Assembly (NCBI GenBank): GCA_963703775.1
Contig: CAVPFP010000029.1
Span: 17,105 to 81,104, forward strand
Direction of reading: 5' to 3'
Length of the DNA stretch: 64,000 bases
Origin: an uncultured Solirubrobacterales bacterium
GTDB lineage: Bacteria; Actinomycetota; Thermoleophilia; Solirubrobacterales; Solirubrobacteraceae
Positions within the stretch are counted from its first letter, which is position 1; every line of letters begins with the position of its first letter. Shown in pieces: positions 10,861 through 19,859 of this stretch. The notes below the pieces were generated by a model, which worked only from the letters and a program-made list of their open reading frames with translations, made no database searches and was not told the origin of the DNA. The translations under genes were made by a program, and so were the position numbers.

Positions 10861-10923
10861 CGCGCGCTAGCGCTGGCGCGGTCTGACCGCGGTGCCGGAG
10901 GCGCAGATCTCGGTCCAGATCGA
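10861..10923. repeat. 63-nt relic copy of the ybjQ 3-prime end (left copy of a direct repeat bracketing the acetyltransferase gene)
   Basis: Hand alignment with 11494-11556 gives 53/63 identical positions, including an exact 17-mer GCGCAGATCTCGGTCCA. On the minus strand it still reads ..SIWTEICASGTAVRPRQR-stop, versus ..SMWTEICAYGTAVHARPR-stop in ybjQ. Confidence 0.7.
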
Positions 10924-10926
10924 TCG

Positions 10927-11460
10927 CTAGCGGGTGACGCTTGCCGCGTCGGTGCCGGCCGACGCGGAGCCGAGCTCGCGCAGCCGAACTGCCGGGACCC
11001 CGCCGTAGAGCCCGTGCGGGAGCGTGTCGCGCGTGACGACGGCGCCGGCAGCGACGACGCAGCCCTCCGCGACGTTGACTCCCGGCAGGAGCGTCGCGCG
11101 CGCGCCAATCCAGCAGCCGTCGCCGACCGTAACCGGCGCAGTGGCCGGCAATCCCGCCCGTCGCTCGGGGCCGCCGGGGCCGTGAGTCGACGTGCAGAAC
11201 ATCACCTCCATGCCGATGTCGCAGCGGGCGCCGATGCTGATCGGTGAATGCCCCTCGAAGTGGCAGCCCATGTTGATGAACGTGTCCTCGCCGAGCGTGA
11301 CGTCGCGATTGTCCAGGTAGAACCCGCCGCGCAGGACCGTCCCCGGGCCCATCGTGACGCCGTACCAGCGCAACAGCCGGTGGCGTATCGGTGGTGGCAG
11401 GAGGTGATTCGCCGCGATCGTGTTGATCAGCCCGCGCCGCGCGTCTTCGCCAATCGCCAT
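10927..11460 (-). CDS. hexapeptide-repeat (LbH) O-acetyltransferase, maltose/galactoside acetyltransferase-like
   Basis: Track ORF of 177 aa with left-handed beta-helix repeats (..IGARCDIGMEVMF.., ..VGDGCWIGARATLLPGVNVAEGCVVAAGAVV..). Confidence 0.85.
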   Translation of the reverse strand: MAIGEDARRGLINTIAANHLLPPPIRHRLLRWYGVTMGPGTVLRGGFYLDNRDVTLGEDTFINMGCHFEGHSPISIGARCDIGMEVMFCTSTHGPGGPERRAGLPATAPVTVGDGCWIGARATLLPGVNVAEGCVVAAGAVVTRDTLPHGLYGGVPAVRLRELGSASAGTDAASVTR

Positions 11461-11493
11461 GGGACCCAGCAGGCTAACGCGGGGCGAGCTGCA

Positions 11494-11556
11494 CGCGCGC
11501 TAGCGCGGGCGCGCGTGCACGGCGGTGCCGTACGCGCAGATCTCGGTCCACATCGA
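11494..11556. repeat. right copy of the 63-nt direct repeat (functional 3-prime end of ybjQ)
   Basis: See the left copy at 10861-10923; this copy lies inside or just after the ybjQ coding end. Confidence 0.7.
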
Positions 11557-11820
11557 GCCGAGCTCAGCCGTGTCGAAGCGGAAGGCGACGACCGCATTCG
11601 CGCCCTTGGCTTCGGCCTCCTCGACAAGGCGGGCGGTGGCGTCCTGCCGTCCCGCCGCGAGCATCTTCGTCATGCCCTTCAGCTCGCCGCCAATCAGCGA
11701 CTTGAGCCCGGCGCCGATCTGTGCGCCGAGGTTGCGCGAGCGGACGGTAAGCCCGAAGACCTCGCCGAAGACCTCCTCGATCTCGTAGCCCGGCAGGTCG
11801 TTCATCGTCGAGATCAGCAT
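11500..11820 (-). CDS. ybjQ: YbjQ/UPF0145 family protein
   Basis: ATG at 11820 within track ORF 11500..11928: MLISTMNDLPGYEIEEVFGEVFGLTVRSRNLGAQIGAGLKSLIGGELKGMTKML..ANAVVAFRFDT.. is typical of the UPF0145 family. Confidence 0.85.
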   Translation of the reverse strand: MLISTMNDLPGYEIEEVFGEVFGLTVRSRNLGAQIGAGLKSLIGGELKGMTKMLAAGRQDATARLVEEAEAKGANAVVAFRFDTAELGSMWTEICAYGTAVHARPR

Positions 11821-11831
11821 GCGGCGCGATG

Positions 11832-12119
11832 CTACTCCTCGCCGGGATAGGCCGGCACGATCAGTGGCTCCTTGATCTGGATCGCCTGCTCGATCTCTTC
11901 CTCGATGCCGAAGGCCGAGCCGTCGCAATCGATCCGGAAGCGCTTCGGTGCGATCCGGTCGTCAGGCAGCACCGGGACGCCCCACAGCTCCTCCCAGCCG
12001 AACAGCTCGTAGTTGCCGGGATTCAGCAGGATCGCGCGCGGCGCCATCGGACAGGTACTCGCGTGGTGATCGAGACCGCGGCGGATGAAGGCGAGCATCT
12101 CGGCTTCGAGCGAGGCCAT
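11832..12119 (-). CDS. hypothetical protein (95 aa) inside the marR-ABC-ybjQ gene string
   Basis: Track ORF with 10-11 nt gaps to both neighbours on the same strand. Composition is protein-like; no recognised family. Confidence 0.5.
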   Translation of the reverse strand: MASLEAEMLAFIRRGLDHHASTCPMAPRAILLNPGNYELFGWEELWGVPVLPDDRIAPKRFRIDCDGSAFGIEEEIEQAIQIKEPLIVPAYPGEE

Positions 12120-12129
12120 CTGTCGGCCG

Positions 12130-14025
12130 TCACTGTAAAGACTCGGCGGGATTGTCGTGCGCGATCAGCGTCGCGTAGTAGCCCCCGCGCCCGATCAGCT
12201 CGTCGTGCGTGCCGACCTCGACGATCCGGCCGTGGTCAAGAACGACGATCTGGTCGGCGTCGCGAACCGTGGAGAGACGGTGAGCGATCGTGATCGTCGT
12301 CCGCCCGACGGCGAGCTCGTCGAGCGCCTCCTGCACCGCGTGCTCGGTCTGGGTGTCGAGCGAGCTCGTCGCCTCGTCGAGGACGAGCACCGGCGGGTTG
12401 CGCAGCACCGTCCGCGCAATCGCCATTCGCTGCTTCTCGCCGCCGGAGAATCGGTAGCCGCGTTCGCCGACGACCGTGTCATAGCCGTCGGGCAACGAGG
12501 CGATGAGGTCGTGGATTCGGGCTGCGGCCGCGGCTGACTCGACCTCCTCGTCGGAGGCGTCGGGCCGCGCGAAGCGTAGGTTCTCGCGCACCGAGGCATG
12601 GAACAGGTAGGTCTCCTGGGAGACGACGCCGATCGTCGCGGCAAGCGAAGCGAGTGTCGCGTCGCGGACGTCGACGCCGTCAATGGTGATCCGTCCCTCC
12701 TGCGGCTCGTAGAGGCGCGCGACGAGGTAGCCGAGCGTCGTCTTGCCGGCTCCGGTCTCGCCGACGATTGCCGTGCGCGTCCCGGCCGGGACGACCAGGT
12801 CGATGTCCGTGAGCGTCCAGTCGGAGTCGGGCGTGTAGCGGAACGCGACGTCCTCGAAGCGCACCTCGCCGAGCAGCTCACCCGGCCGCAGCTCGACGGC
12901 GCCGGGCCGCTCCTGGATGTCCACGGGCAGGTCGAGGTACTCAAAGATCCGGTCGAAGAGCGCCAGCGACGCCTCGACGTCGGTGCCGACCGAGAGCAGC
13001 TGCGCCATCGGGAAGAGCAGGCGCGTCTGGACCGTCGTGAAGGCGACGATCGTGCCGATGCTGATCGCGCCGCTGGTGACGTTCTCGCCCGCCAGCCAGT
13101 AGATGATCGCCGGCTGAATCGAGAAGACCATGTTGATCGTCGACATCAGCCAGCGTCCGGCCATCCGCGAGTGAACCTCGAGCTTGGCGACCTCGTCGGA
13201 CTCGGCGGTGAACCGCTCGGCGAGGTCCCCTCCCCGGCCCATCGTCTTGCCGAGCATCACCCCGGAGACGGACAGCGACTCGGCGACGAGCGCGGAGATA
13301 TCGGCAAGGCCGCCCTGCAGGCGCGATGTGATCGCGCGGCGCTCGCGCCCGACACGCCGTGTCATCCACACGAACAGCGGCATCAGCGCGAACGAGATCA
13401 GCGCCAGCTGCCAGCTCAGGATCGCCATCGCGATCGTGGCCGCGATGACTGTCGTAGCGTTCTGGGCGATCGTCGTCGCCGTGTTCGTCGCGACGTTGTC
13501 GATCCCGCCGATGTCGTTGGCGATCCGTGACTGGACCTCGCCGCCCCGCGTCCTCGTGAAGAACGCCAGCGACATCCGCTGCAGGTGGCGATAGACGGCG
13601 ACGCGCAGGTCGTGCATCACGCGCTGGCCGACCTCCGTCGAGACGTAGGTCTGAACGACGCTCAGCGCCGCCGTGGCGATCGCGATCGCGATCATGCCGC
13701 CGACGAGCTCGCTGAGCAGCGTCGTCTCGTGTTTGAAGATCCCCTTGTCGAGGACGTCGACCAGCAGGAATGGCGAGAGCATGCTGAGGCCCGAGGAGAC
13801 CACGATCAGCGCCAGCACCCAGGCGAGCTTCCAGCGGTAGGGCGCGAAGAGACGCACGATGCGGCGCGTGTCGCGCTCGCGCTCGGGATCCATCAGCGGC
13901 GGCGGCGGCTCGCTCGGCCCGAGCACGCGCTGTCCGCCGCGTGCGCCGCTGCGCGCCCGCGCGTCGCCGTGCATCCCGATGCCATGGCCTGCGCCGCCGG
14001 CGCCTGTCCCGCCCCAGAAGCTCAT
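12130..14025 (-). CDS. ABC exporter, fused permease + ATPase (MsbA/multidrug type)
   Basis: Track ORF of 631 aa: six-helix TMD, then Walker A GETGAGKTT, signature FSGGEKQR, Walker B LVLDEATSSLD and H-loop IAHRL. Confidence 0.9.
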   Translation of the reverse strand: MSFWGGTGAGGAGHGIGMHGDARARSGARGGQRVLGPSEPPPPLMDPERERDTRRIVRLFAPYRWKLAWVLALIVVSSGLSMLSPFLLVDVLDKGIFKHETTLLSELVGGMIAIAIATAALSVVQTYVSTEVGQRVMHDLRVAVYRHLQRMSLAFFTRTRGGEVQSRIANDIGGIDNVATNTATTIAQNATTVIAATIAMAILSWQLALISFALMPLFVWMTRRVGRERRAITSRLQGGLADISALVAESLSVSGVMLGKTMGRGGDLAERFTAESDEVAKLEVHSRMAGRWLMSTINMVFSIQPAIIYWLAGENVTSGAISIGTIVAFTTVQTRLLFPMAQLLSVGTDVEASLALFDRIFEYLDLPVDIQERPGAVELRPGELLGEVRFEDVAFRYTPDSDWTLTDIDLVVPAGTRTAIVGETGAGKTTLGYLVARLYEPQEGRITIDGVDVRDATLASLAATIGVVSQETYLFHASVRENLRFARPDASDEEVESAAAAARIHDLIASLPDGYDTVVGERGYRFSGGEKQRMAIARTVLRNPPVLVLDEATSSLDTQTEHAVQEALDELAVGRTTITIAHRLSTVRDADQIVVLDHGRIVEVGTHDELIGRGGYYATLIAHDNPAESLQ

Positions 14026-14468
14026 CGCTCCTCCGTGATCATGCGCTCGAGCAGCGCGAGTGCGCGGTCGAGCGTGGCACGGTCGTCGGGCTCGAACGAC
14101 GCGAGGCGGCGGGCGAGGTAGGCGTCACGGCGGGTTCGGCTCTCCCGCAACAGCGCACGCCCCGGCTCGGTCACCGCGACTCGGCACGAACGCCGGTCGC
14201 GAGGGTCGGGTGTGCGCGCAACGAGCCCCCGGTATTCGAGGATCGCCAGCAAGCGTGTCGCGGTCGGCCGCCGCACGCTCTCCAGCTCTGCGAGCTCGCT
14301 CGGCGAGATCGGGCCGCGGCGGCCGATCGTGGTGAGCGCCGAGTCGAGCGCGGGCGGAAGGCCGCTACCCGCCTCGCGCCGCAACCGGCGCGAGAGCCTC
14401 ATCGTCACGCGCCGCAATCGCGCAGGAAGCTCCTCGCGCGCGGTGGGAGTGGCAACAATCACGGACAT
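14022..14468 (-). CDS. MarR-family transcriptional regulator
   Basis: Track ORF of 148 aa with a winged-helix region (..ISPSELAELESVRRPTATRLLAILEYRGLVARTPDPRDRR..). ATGA overlap with the ABC exporter gene. Confidence 0.9.
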   Translation of the reverse strand: MSVIVATPTAREELPARLRRVTMRLSRRLRREAGSGLPPALDSALTTIGRRGPISPSELAELESVRRPTATRLLAILEYRGLVARTPDPRDRRSCRVAVTEPGRALLRESRTRRDAYLARRLASFEPDDRATLDRALALLERMITEER

Positions 14469-14489
14469 CTAGTTAGCATATCTAACTAG
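14469..14489. promoter_or_regulatory. AT-rich inverted repeat CTAGTTAG-N5-CTAACTAG abutting the marR start codon (candidate MarR operator)
   Basis: Read directly: CTAGTTAGCATATCTAACTAG at 14469-14489, immediately upstream of the marR ATG (14468-14466). It lies in the 64-nt divergent spacer to the Nudix gene and is strikingly AT-rich for this DNA. Confidence 0.5.
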
Positions 14490-14532
14490 ATCAGGGCGCT
14501 TTCCAGGCCCACAGGCCATAGCCTGTCGGCCG

Positions 14533-15180
14533 ATGGAGCTGAGTCCCGGCACGCTCGCCCGCGGTAGCTGGCGACCCGAACAGGTACACGTGACCTGGTC
14601 TCAGGAGCCTTACGAGCCACCGTCGGAGGCCGCTCGAGCCGCGAATGACGCGATCGCCGAACTGGCGCGCCGCGGGTCCCCATCCCACGACGGGACCAGC
14701 GCCCGGCTGGTCAGCTTCAGCGCGACCCCGGACCGCGTTACGCTCGAGCTCCAACCGATCCGCTGGTCACTGCGGCTGAGTGCGAGCGACGCGCTCCAGA
14801 GCCTCGCAGCGATGTGCGTCGTCCGTACGACCGACGGGCGCTGGCTTGCCGGTCATCGGGCCGAATGGCTCGCCTCATGGCCCGGCCGCTGGGCGCTCGG
14901 CGCCGGCGGCTCCGTGGAAGCCGGCGAGGACCCGGTGCACACCCTGCGCCGTGAGCTGCTCGAGGAGTGGTCGCTACAGACCGATGACCTGACGATCGAA
15001 GCGCTCGTCTGCCTCCCCCACCGCCTCGTCCTGCTCGTTGGCATGGCATCGGTCCCTCCGGACGCAACAGTCGTCTATGACGCCGAGCATTCGGGTTACG
15101 CGTGGTGGCCGCCCGATCCGGAGCAATGGCCAGCCGAAGCCGACGGCGCGGTCCGCGACATGGGCCGCCTACTCGCGTGA
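14533..15180 (+). CDS. NUDIX hydrolase
   Basis: Track ORF of 215 aa with the Nudix box GGSVEAGEDPVHTLRRELLEEWSL. Confidence 0.8.
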   Translation: MELSPGTLARGSWRPEQVHVTWSQEPYEPPSEAARAANDAIAELARRGSPSHDGTSARLVSFSATPDRVTLELQPIRWSLRLSASDALQSLAAMCVVRTTDGRWLAGHRAEWLASWPGRWALGAGGSVEAGEDPVHTLRRELLEEWSLQTDDLTIEALVCLPHRLVLLVGMASVPPDATVVYDAEHSGYAWWPPDPEQWPAEADGAVRDMGRLLA

Positions 15181-15497
15181 TCACGTTCAAGAATCTCGAG
15201 CGCGCTTCGTTCGCCCACTCGGCGGTCTACACCGCGCTGCTGATCGTGGCGTTCGGCTTCAACAATCCCCAGCCCGAGACGGTGGTCCTCGGTTTCAGCC
15301 ACGGGATCCTCTGGATCTTGATGTCACTCGCCTGCCTGTATGCGGCGCGCGCGCGCGTCATCCCGCTACGAATCGCGGTCGCTGTTGCGGTGCTCGGCGG
15401 GATCGGGCCGTTCTTCGGGAGCGCCGAGTTCGTGCGCGAGCAACGCCGTCGAGCGAGCGCCCGCCAACTGCCCGGCTCCGGGGGATCGCCACGCTAG
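15177..15497 (+). CDS. DUF3817-like small integral membrane protein
   Basis: GTG at 15177 (GTGA overlap with the Nudix stop) within track ORF 15102..15497. Three to four hydrophobic helices (..SAVYTALLIVAFGF.., ..ILWILMSLACLYAA.., ..IAVAVAVLGGIGPFF..). Confidence 0.6.
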   Translation: MITFKNLERASFAHSAVYTALLIVAFGFNNPQPETVVLGFSHGILWILMSLACLYAARARVIPLRIAVAVAVLGGIGPFFGSAEFVREQRRRASARQLPGSGGSPR

Positions 15498-15507
15498 AGT
15501 GCATGTA

Positions 15508-16089
15508 ATGGCCGTCGATACGACGATCCAGGTTGTCATGCCGAAGATGGGGGACTCGGTTGCCGAGGGCACGGTCCTTGGATGGCGTAAGGCTGAAGGC
15601 GATCGCGTTGCAGCCGACGAGACGATCGTCGACATCTCGACCGACAAGGTCGACGCCGAAGTCGTCGCTCCGGCCTCGGGCACGCTCGTGAAACTGCACG
15701 CGGCCGAGGGCGACAGCGTCAGCGTCGGCGCAGTGCTCGCCGAGATCGCTCCGGCAAACGGTTCCGACCCCGTCGCGACGGTCGAGCCAACCACGGCCGT
15801 GGAACCCGAACCGACGCCGCCGACGATCGTGGACATCGTCACGCCGAAGGCGGGCGAGTCGGTGAGCGAAGGCACGGTCCTCGCCTGGACGGTCGCGGTC
15901 GGCGAGCGCGTCGAGGCAGGCCAAACGGTCGTCGAGATCTCCACGGACAAAGTGGACATCGAGCTTCCCGCACCCGCCGGCGGGACGATCAGCGAGCTCC
16001 TCGCAAGCGAAGGCGACACCGTGACCGTCGGCCAGGTGATTGGTCGTATCGAGGCCGGCGAAGCCGTCCCCGACCCGAGCAGGAGCTGA
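15508..16089 (+). CDS. di-lipoyl-domain module of a 2-oxoacid dehydrogenase E2 (no catalytic domain in this frame)
   Basis: ATG at 15508 within track ORF 15340..16089. Two lipoyl domains with lipoyl-lysine motifs (..VDISTDKVDAEV.. and ..VEISTDKVDIEL..) separated by a Pro/Thr/Ala linker. It ends in a linker at 16089, overlapping the next ORF. Confidence 0.8.
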   Translation: MAVDTTIQVVMPKMGDSVAEGTVLGWRKAEGDRVAADETIVDISTDKVDAEVVAPASGTLVKLHAAEGDSVSVGAVLAEIAPANGSDPVATVEPTTAVEPEPTPPTIVDIVTPKAGESVSEGTVLAWTVAVGERVEAGQTVVEISTDKVDIELPAPAGGTISELLASEGDTVTVGQVIGRIEAGEAVPDPSRS

Positions 16090-19000
16090 GATTGCGCCTG
16101 CTGCTCGCGAGGCCGCGGAGGACCGTCCGGCGGCGTCCGACGGGGCCGCGGCTTCGCCCGTTGCGCGGCGGGCGGCCGACGCGCACTCGGTCGATCTCAC
16201 GAGGGTCGCCGGCTCCGGCCCGCGCGGGCGGATCACGAAGGCGGACGTCCTGGATGCGGCCACCCAGCCCGCCACCGAGACGGCGACGGCGATCAAGGGC
16301 GGAGCGGCGATGCTCGTCCACTACATGGAGGAGAGCCGCAAGATCCCGACCGCGACGAGCTTCCGCACGCTTGCGGTCGGCACGCTCGAAGCGCGGCGCG
16401 GCCAACTCAAGCAGGCCGGAAAGAAGGTTTCCTTCACACACCTGATCGCGTTCGCGATCGCGCGGGCGGCGGCGGCGCTACCGGTGATGACCCAGCACTT
16501 CGCCGAGATCGACGCGATCCCCCACCGAATCGACGACGGCGCCGTCAACCTCGGCCTCGCCGTCGACGTCGAGCGCAGGGACGGATCACGCACGCTGATG
16601 GTGCCGGTCGTGCGCGACGCCGGGAACATGGCGTTCGACACGTTCCTGGCCGCTTACGACGAGCTAGTCGACCGCGCGCGGACAAACAGCCTGACCGCCG
16701 ACGACCTCCAGGGCGCGAATATCACGCTGACGAACCCCGGCGGCATCGGCACCTCGGCGTCGGTACCGCGCCTGATGGCAGGGCAGGGCACGATCGTCGC
16801 GGCGGGCGCGATCGCCTATCCCCCGGGCCTTGCTGGCGTTGGCGCCGAGCTCGGCGCGGACAAGGTGATGACGCTGACCTCAACCTATGACCACCGGATC
16901 ATCCAGGGGGCGGAGTCCGGGCGCTTCCTCGCGCAGATCGAATCGCTGTTGGGCGGTTCGGACTCGTTCTATGACGCGGTCTTCGCAGCGCTCGGCCTCG
17001 AGCTCCCGCAACAGACGCGGGCAACGCCGGCGCCGCAGCCGGCGAGCGCCGGCGCTCCAAACGAAGAGCTGCTCGCCGCTGTTCAGTCCGCCGTCTCGCT
17101 GGTGCGAGCGCACCGCACGTACGGCCACCTGGCGGCGAAGCTCGACCCGCTCGGCTCGCCGCCGGTCGGGGACCCGTCGCTTGACCCCCACCCGCTCGGC
17201 CTCACGCCGGAGCTGATGGCGCAGATCCCGGCCCGGATCCTCAAGATCCACGTTCCCGGCCGGACGCTCGCCGAGGCCTACCCGCACCTGCAAGAGGTGT
17301 ACTGCGGCACGATCGCCTTCCAGATCGAGCACATCGGCTCCCATCGTCAGCGCACCTGGCTGCGCGAGAAGATCGAGGGCGGAGCGTTTCGCCAACCGCT
17401 CACCGATGACGAGCGCCGCGCGCTGCTCAAGCGCCTGGTCGAAGTCGACGCGCTCGAGCGCTTCATGCACAAGGCCTATCTCGGCCAGCATCAGTTCTCG
17501 ATCGAGGGCGTCGACATGACCGTGCCGATGCTCGATGAGATGATCGCCCTCGCCGCCGGCGACGGCGCGGAGGAGGTTGTGATCGGGATGGCTCACCGCG
17601 GTCGGCTGAACGTGCTGGCCCACGGTCTTGGACGCGCCTACGAGTCGATCTTCGCGGAGTTCGAGGGTGCGACGATGCTCGATGCGATCACGACGAACAA
17701 GCCGCAGGGCGGCACCGGTGACGTCAAATACCACCACGGCGCCCAGGGCGCGAAGCGTCTGCCGTCGGGCCAGCTCGTCCGCGTCAACCTCGAGTCGAAT
17801 CCGTCGCACCTCGAGTACGTCGCACCGGTCGTGATCGGCGCCACGCGCGCGGCGCAAACGACCCACGAGGGGTCACGGATGGCGCAATCCGTGACCCGCG
17901 CGGTGCCGGTCGTGATCCACGGCGACGCGGCCTTCCCCGGTCAGGGCGTCGTCGCGGAAACGCTGAACCTCCAGGCGCTCGACGGCTACCAGGTCGGTGG
18001 CACGCTGCACCTGATCACGAACAACCAGATCGGTTTCACCACCGAGCCCGACGACGGGCGCTCGACGCGTTGGGCCTCCGATCTCGCGAAGGGCTTCGAC
18101 GTTCCGATCATCCATGTCAATGCCGACGATGTCGAGGGCTGCATCCAGGCGACGCGACTCGCCTATGCCTTCCGCGCGGAGTTCGGGCACGACACATTGA
18201 TCGACCTGATCGGCTACCGCCGTTACGGGCACAACGAGGCCGACGAGCCGGCCTACACGCAGCCCGAGATGTACAACACGATCAAGACCCATAAGCGCGT
18301 CAGCGAGCTATGGGCCGATCAGCTCATCGCCGCGGGCGTCGTCAGTCGAGAAGAGGTCGCCGCCCAGCAGCAGGCAGTCTGGGATGTCCTCGCCCAAGCC
18401 CATCAGGAGCTCAAGGAGAAGCTCGCCCAGGTGGCCGAAGGCGGTATCCACGACCAACCGACCGGCGAGTACCGGCTCGACAGCACACCCTCACCGGACG
18501 TCATGACGGCCGTGCCCGTCGAGGTGCTCTCGGAGCTGAACGAGCAGCTTCTGCGGGTTCCGGAGGACTTCACGGTCCACCCGAAGCTCGCGCGCTTCCT
18601 CGAGTCGCGCCGCGAATCATTCACCACCGGCACGGGCATCAACTGGGCGCACGCGGAGGCGCTCGCTTTCGCCTCGCTGCTACGCGAAGGCCACCCGATC
18701 CGCCTGACGGGCCAGGACACCGAACGCGGCACCTTCAGCCAGCGCCACCTCGTCCTGCACGACGCCCGCACCGGACAGACGATCTGCCCGATGCAGAGCC
18801 TGCCGGCAGCAACCGCCGGTTTCGAGCTCTACAACAGCCCGCTTTCCGAGCTCGGCTGCCTGGGGTTTGAATACGGCTACAGCCAGGAGGCTCCGCAAAC
18901 GCTCGTGCTCTGGGAGGCGCAGTTCGGTGACTTCGTCAACGGCGCCCAGGTGATCGTCGACCAGTTCATCGCGTCCGGTCTCGCAAAGTGGGGGCAAACC

Positions 19001-19711
19001 TCGCGCCTGACACTGCTGCTTCCGCACGGCTATGAGGGGTCGGGGCCAGAGCATTCATCCGCGCGTCTCGAACGCTTCCTTCAGCTCGCCGCCGAGGGCA
19101 ACCTGCGGATCGCGAACCCGACGACTCCGGCCCAGTACTTCCACCTGCTCCGCCAGCAGGCCCAGATCGTCAAACAGCGACCGCTGATCCTGATGACGCC
19201 GAAGTCGCTGCTCCGCCTGCCACAGGCGACGAGCGATCTGGCCGGGCTCGCCGATGGGCGCGTTTTCGGTGTGCTCGCCGAGCCGGGAATCGACGACTCG
19301 AAGGTCACCCGGCTGATCCTCTGCACCGGCAAGATTTACTACGACCTCGTCACCCACGCGGACCGCGCCGCCGCCGAGGCGATCGCGATCGGCCGCGTCG
19401 AGGTCCTCTACCCGTTTCCGGAGCAGGAGGTGCGAAGCCTCTTCGGCCGCTACCCGAAGCTGCGCGAGGTCGTCTGGACGCAGGAGGAACCCCGCAACAT
19501 GGGAGCGCGCGCGTACATGTCACAGCGACTGCGGCAGATCATCAGCGACACGCCATTCGAGTTCGCCTACATCGGCCGGCCCGAGCGGGCCAGCCCGGGC
19601 GAGGGCTACCCGGCCGCGCACGCCCAGGAGCAGACGCGCATCGTGCGGACCGCGCTCGACATCAGCCAGCCGGTCTCGCAGTTCCCGATGCTCTTCCCGG
19701 GCGAGCGGTAG
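16040..19711 (+). CDS. odhA: PSBD + E2o succinyltransferase core fused to E1o 2-oxoglutarate decarboxylase (OdhA/Kgd-type); probably continuous with 15508..16089
   Basis: Track ORF of 1223 aa. It contains the peripheral-subunit-binding domain SPVARRAADAHSVDLTRVAGSGPRGRITKADV and the E2 core ..TLTNPGGIGTSASVP..TSTYDHRIIQGAESGRF.. A full E1o follows (..IEHIGSHRQRTWL..GMAHRGRLNVL..LLLPHGYEGSGPEHSSARLERFLQL..). Confidence 0.9.
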   Translation: MVVSRPAKPSPTRAGAEIAPAAREAAEDRPAASDGAAASPVARRAADAHSVDLTRVAGSGPRGRITKADVLDAATQPATETATAIKGGAAMLVHYMEESRKIPTATSFRTLAVGTLEARRGQLKQAGKKVSFTHLIAFAIARAAAALPVMTQHFAEIDAIPHRIDDGAVNLGLAVDVERRDGSRTLMVPVVRDAGNMAFDTFLAAYDELVDRARTNSLTADDLQGANITLTNPGGIGTSASVPRLMAGQGTIVAAGAIAYPPGLAGVGAELGADKVMTLTSTYDHRIIQGAESGRFLAQIESLLGGSDSFYDAVFAALGLELPQQTRATPAPQPASAGAPNEELLAAVQSAVSLVRAHRTYGHLAAKLDPLGSPPVGDPSLDPHPLGLTPELMAQIPARILKIHVPGRTLAEAYPHLQEVYCGTIAFQIEHIGSHRQRTWLREKIEGGAFRQPLTDDERRALLKRLVEVDALERFMHKAYLGQHQFSIEGVDMTVPMLDEMIALAAGDGAEEVVIGMAHRGRLNVLAHGLGRAYESIFAEFEGATMLDAITTNKPQGGTGDVKYHHGAQGAKRLPSGQLVRVNLESNPSHLEYVAPVVIGATRAAQTTHEGSRMAQSVTRAVPVVIHGDAAFPGQGVVAETLNLQALDGYQVGGTLHLITNNQIGFTTEPDDGRSTRWASDLAKGFDVPIIHVNADDVEGCIQATRLAYAFRAEFGHDTLIDLIGYRRYGHNEADEPAYTQPEMYNTIKTHKRVSELWADQLIAAGVVSREEVAAQQQAVWDVLAQAHQELKEKLAQVAEGGIHDQPTGEYRLDSTPSPDVMTAVPVEVLSELNEQLLRVPEDFTVHPKLARFLESRRESFTTGTGINWAHAEALAFASLLREGHPIRLTGQDTERGTFSQRHLVLHDARTGQTICPMQSLPAATAGFELYNSPLSELGCLGFEYGYSQEAPQTLVLWEAQFGDFVNGAQVIVDQFIASGLAKWGQTSRLTLLLPHGYEGSGPEHSSARLERFLQLAAEGNLRIANPTTPAQYFHLLRQQAQIVKQRPLILMTPKSLLRLPQATSDLAGLADGRVFGVLAEPGIDDSKVTRLILCTGKIYYDLVTHADRAAAEAIAIGRVEVLYPFPEQEVRSLFGRYPKLREVVWTQEEPRNMGARAYMSQRLRQIISDTPFEFAYIGRPERASPGEGYPAAHAQEQTRIVRTALDISQPVSQFPMLFPGER

Positions 19712-19859
19712 CGTCGCGACGAGCATCCGGGCGCTGATGCGCTGCGTCGCAGGCCGCACGTCTCAGCGTAAAGCGCTCCCCTGACGGTCGCGTCCGGCCG
19801 CCGATCGCTACGGACGCACGCGCACTGCCGCCGCCGCGGTATGCCTCGCAGCCAGTGAG

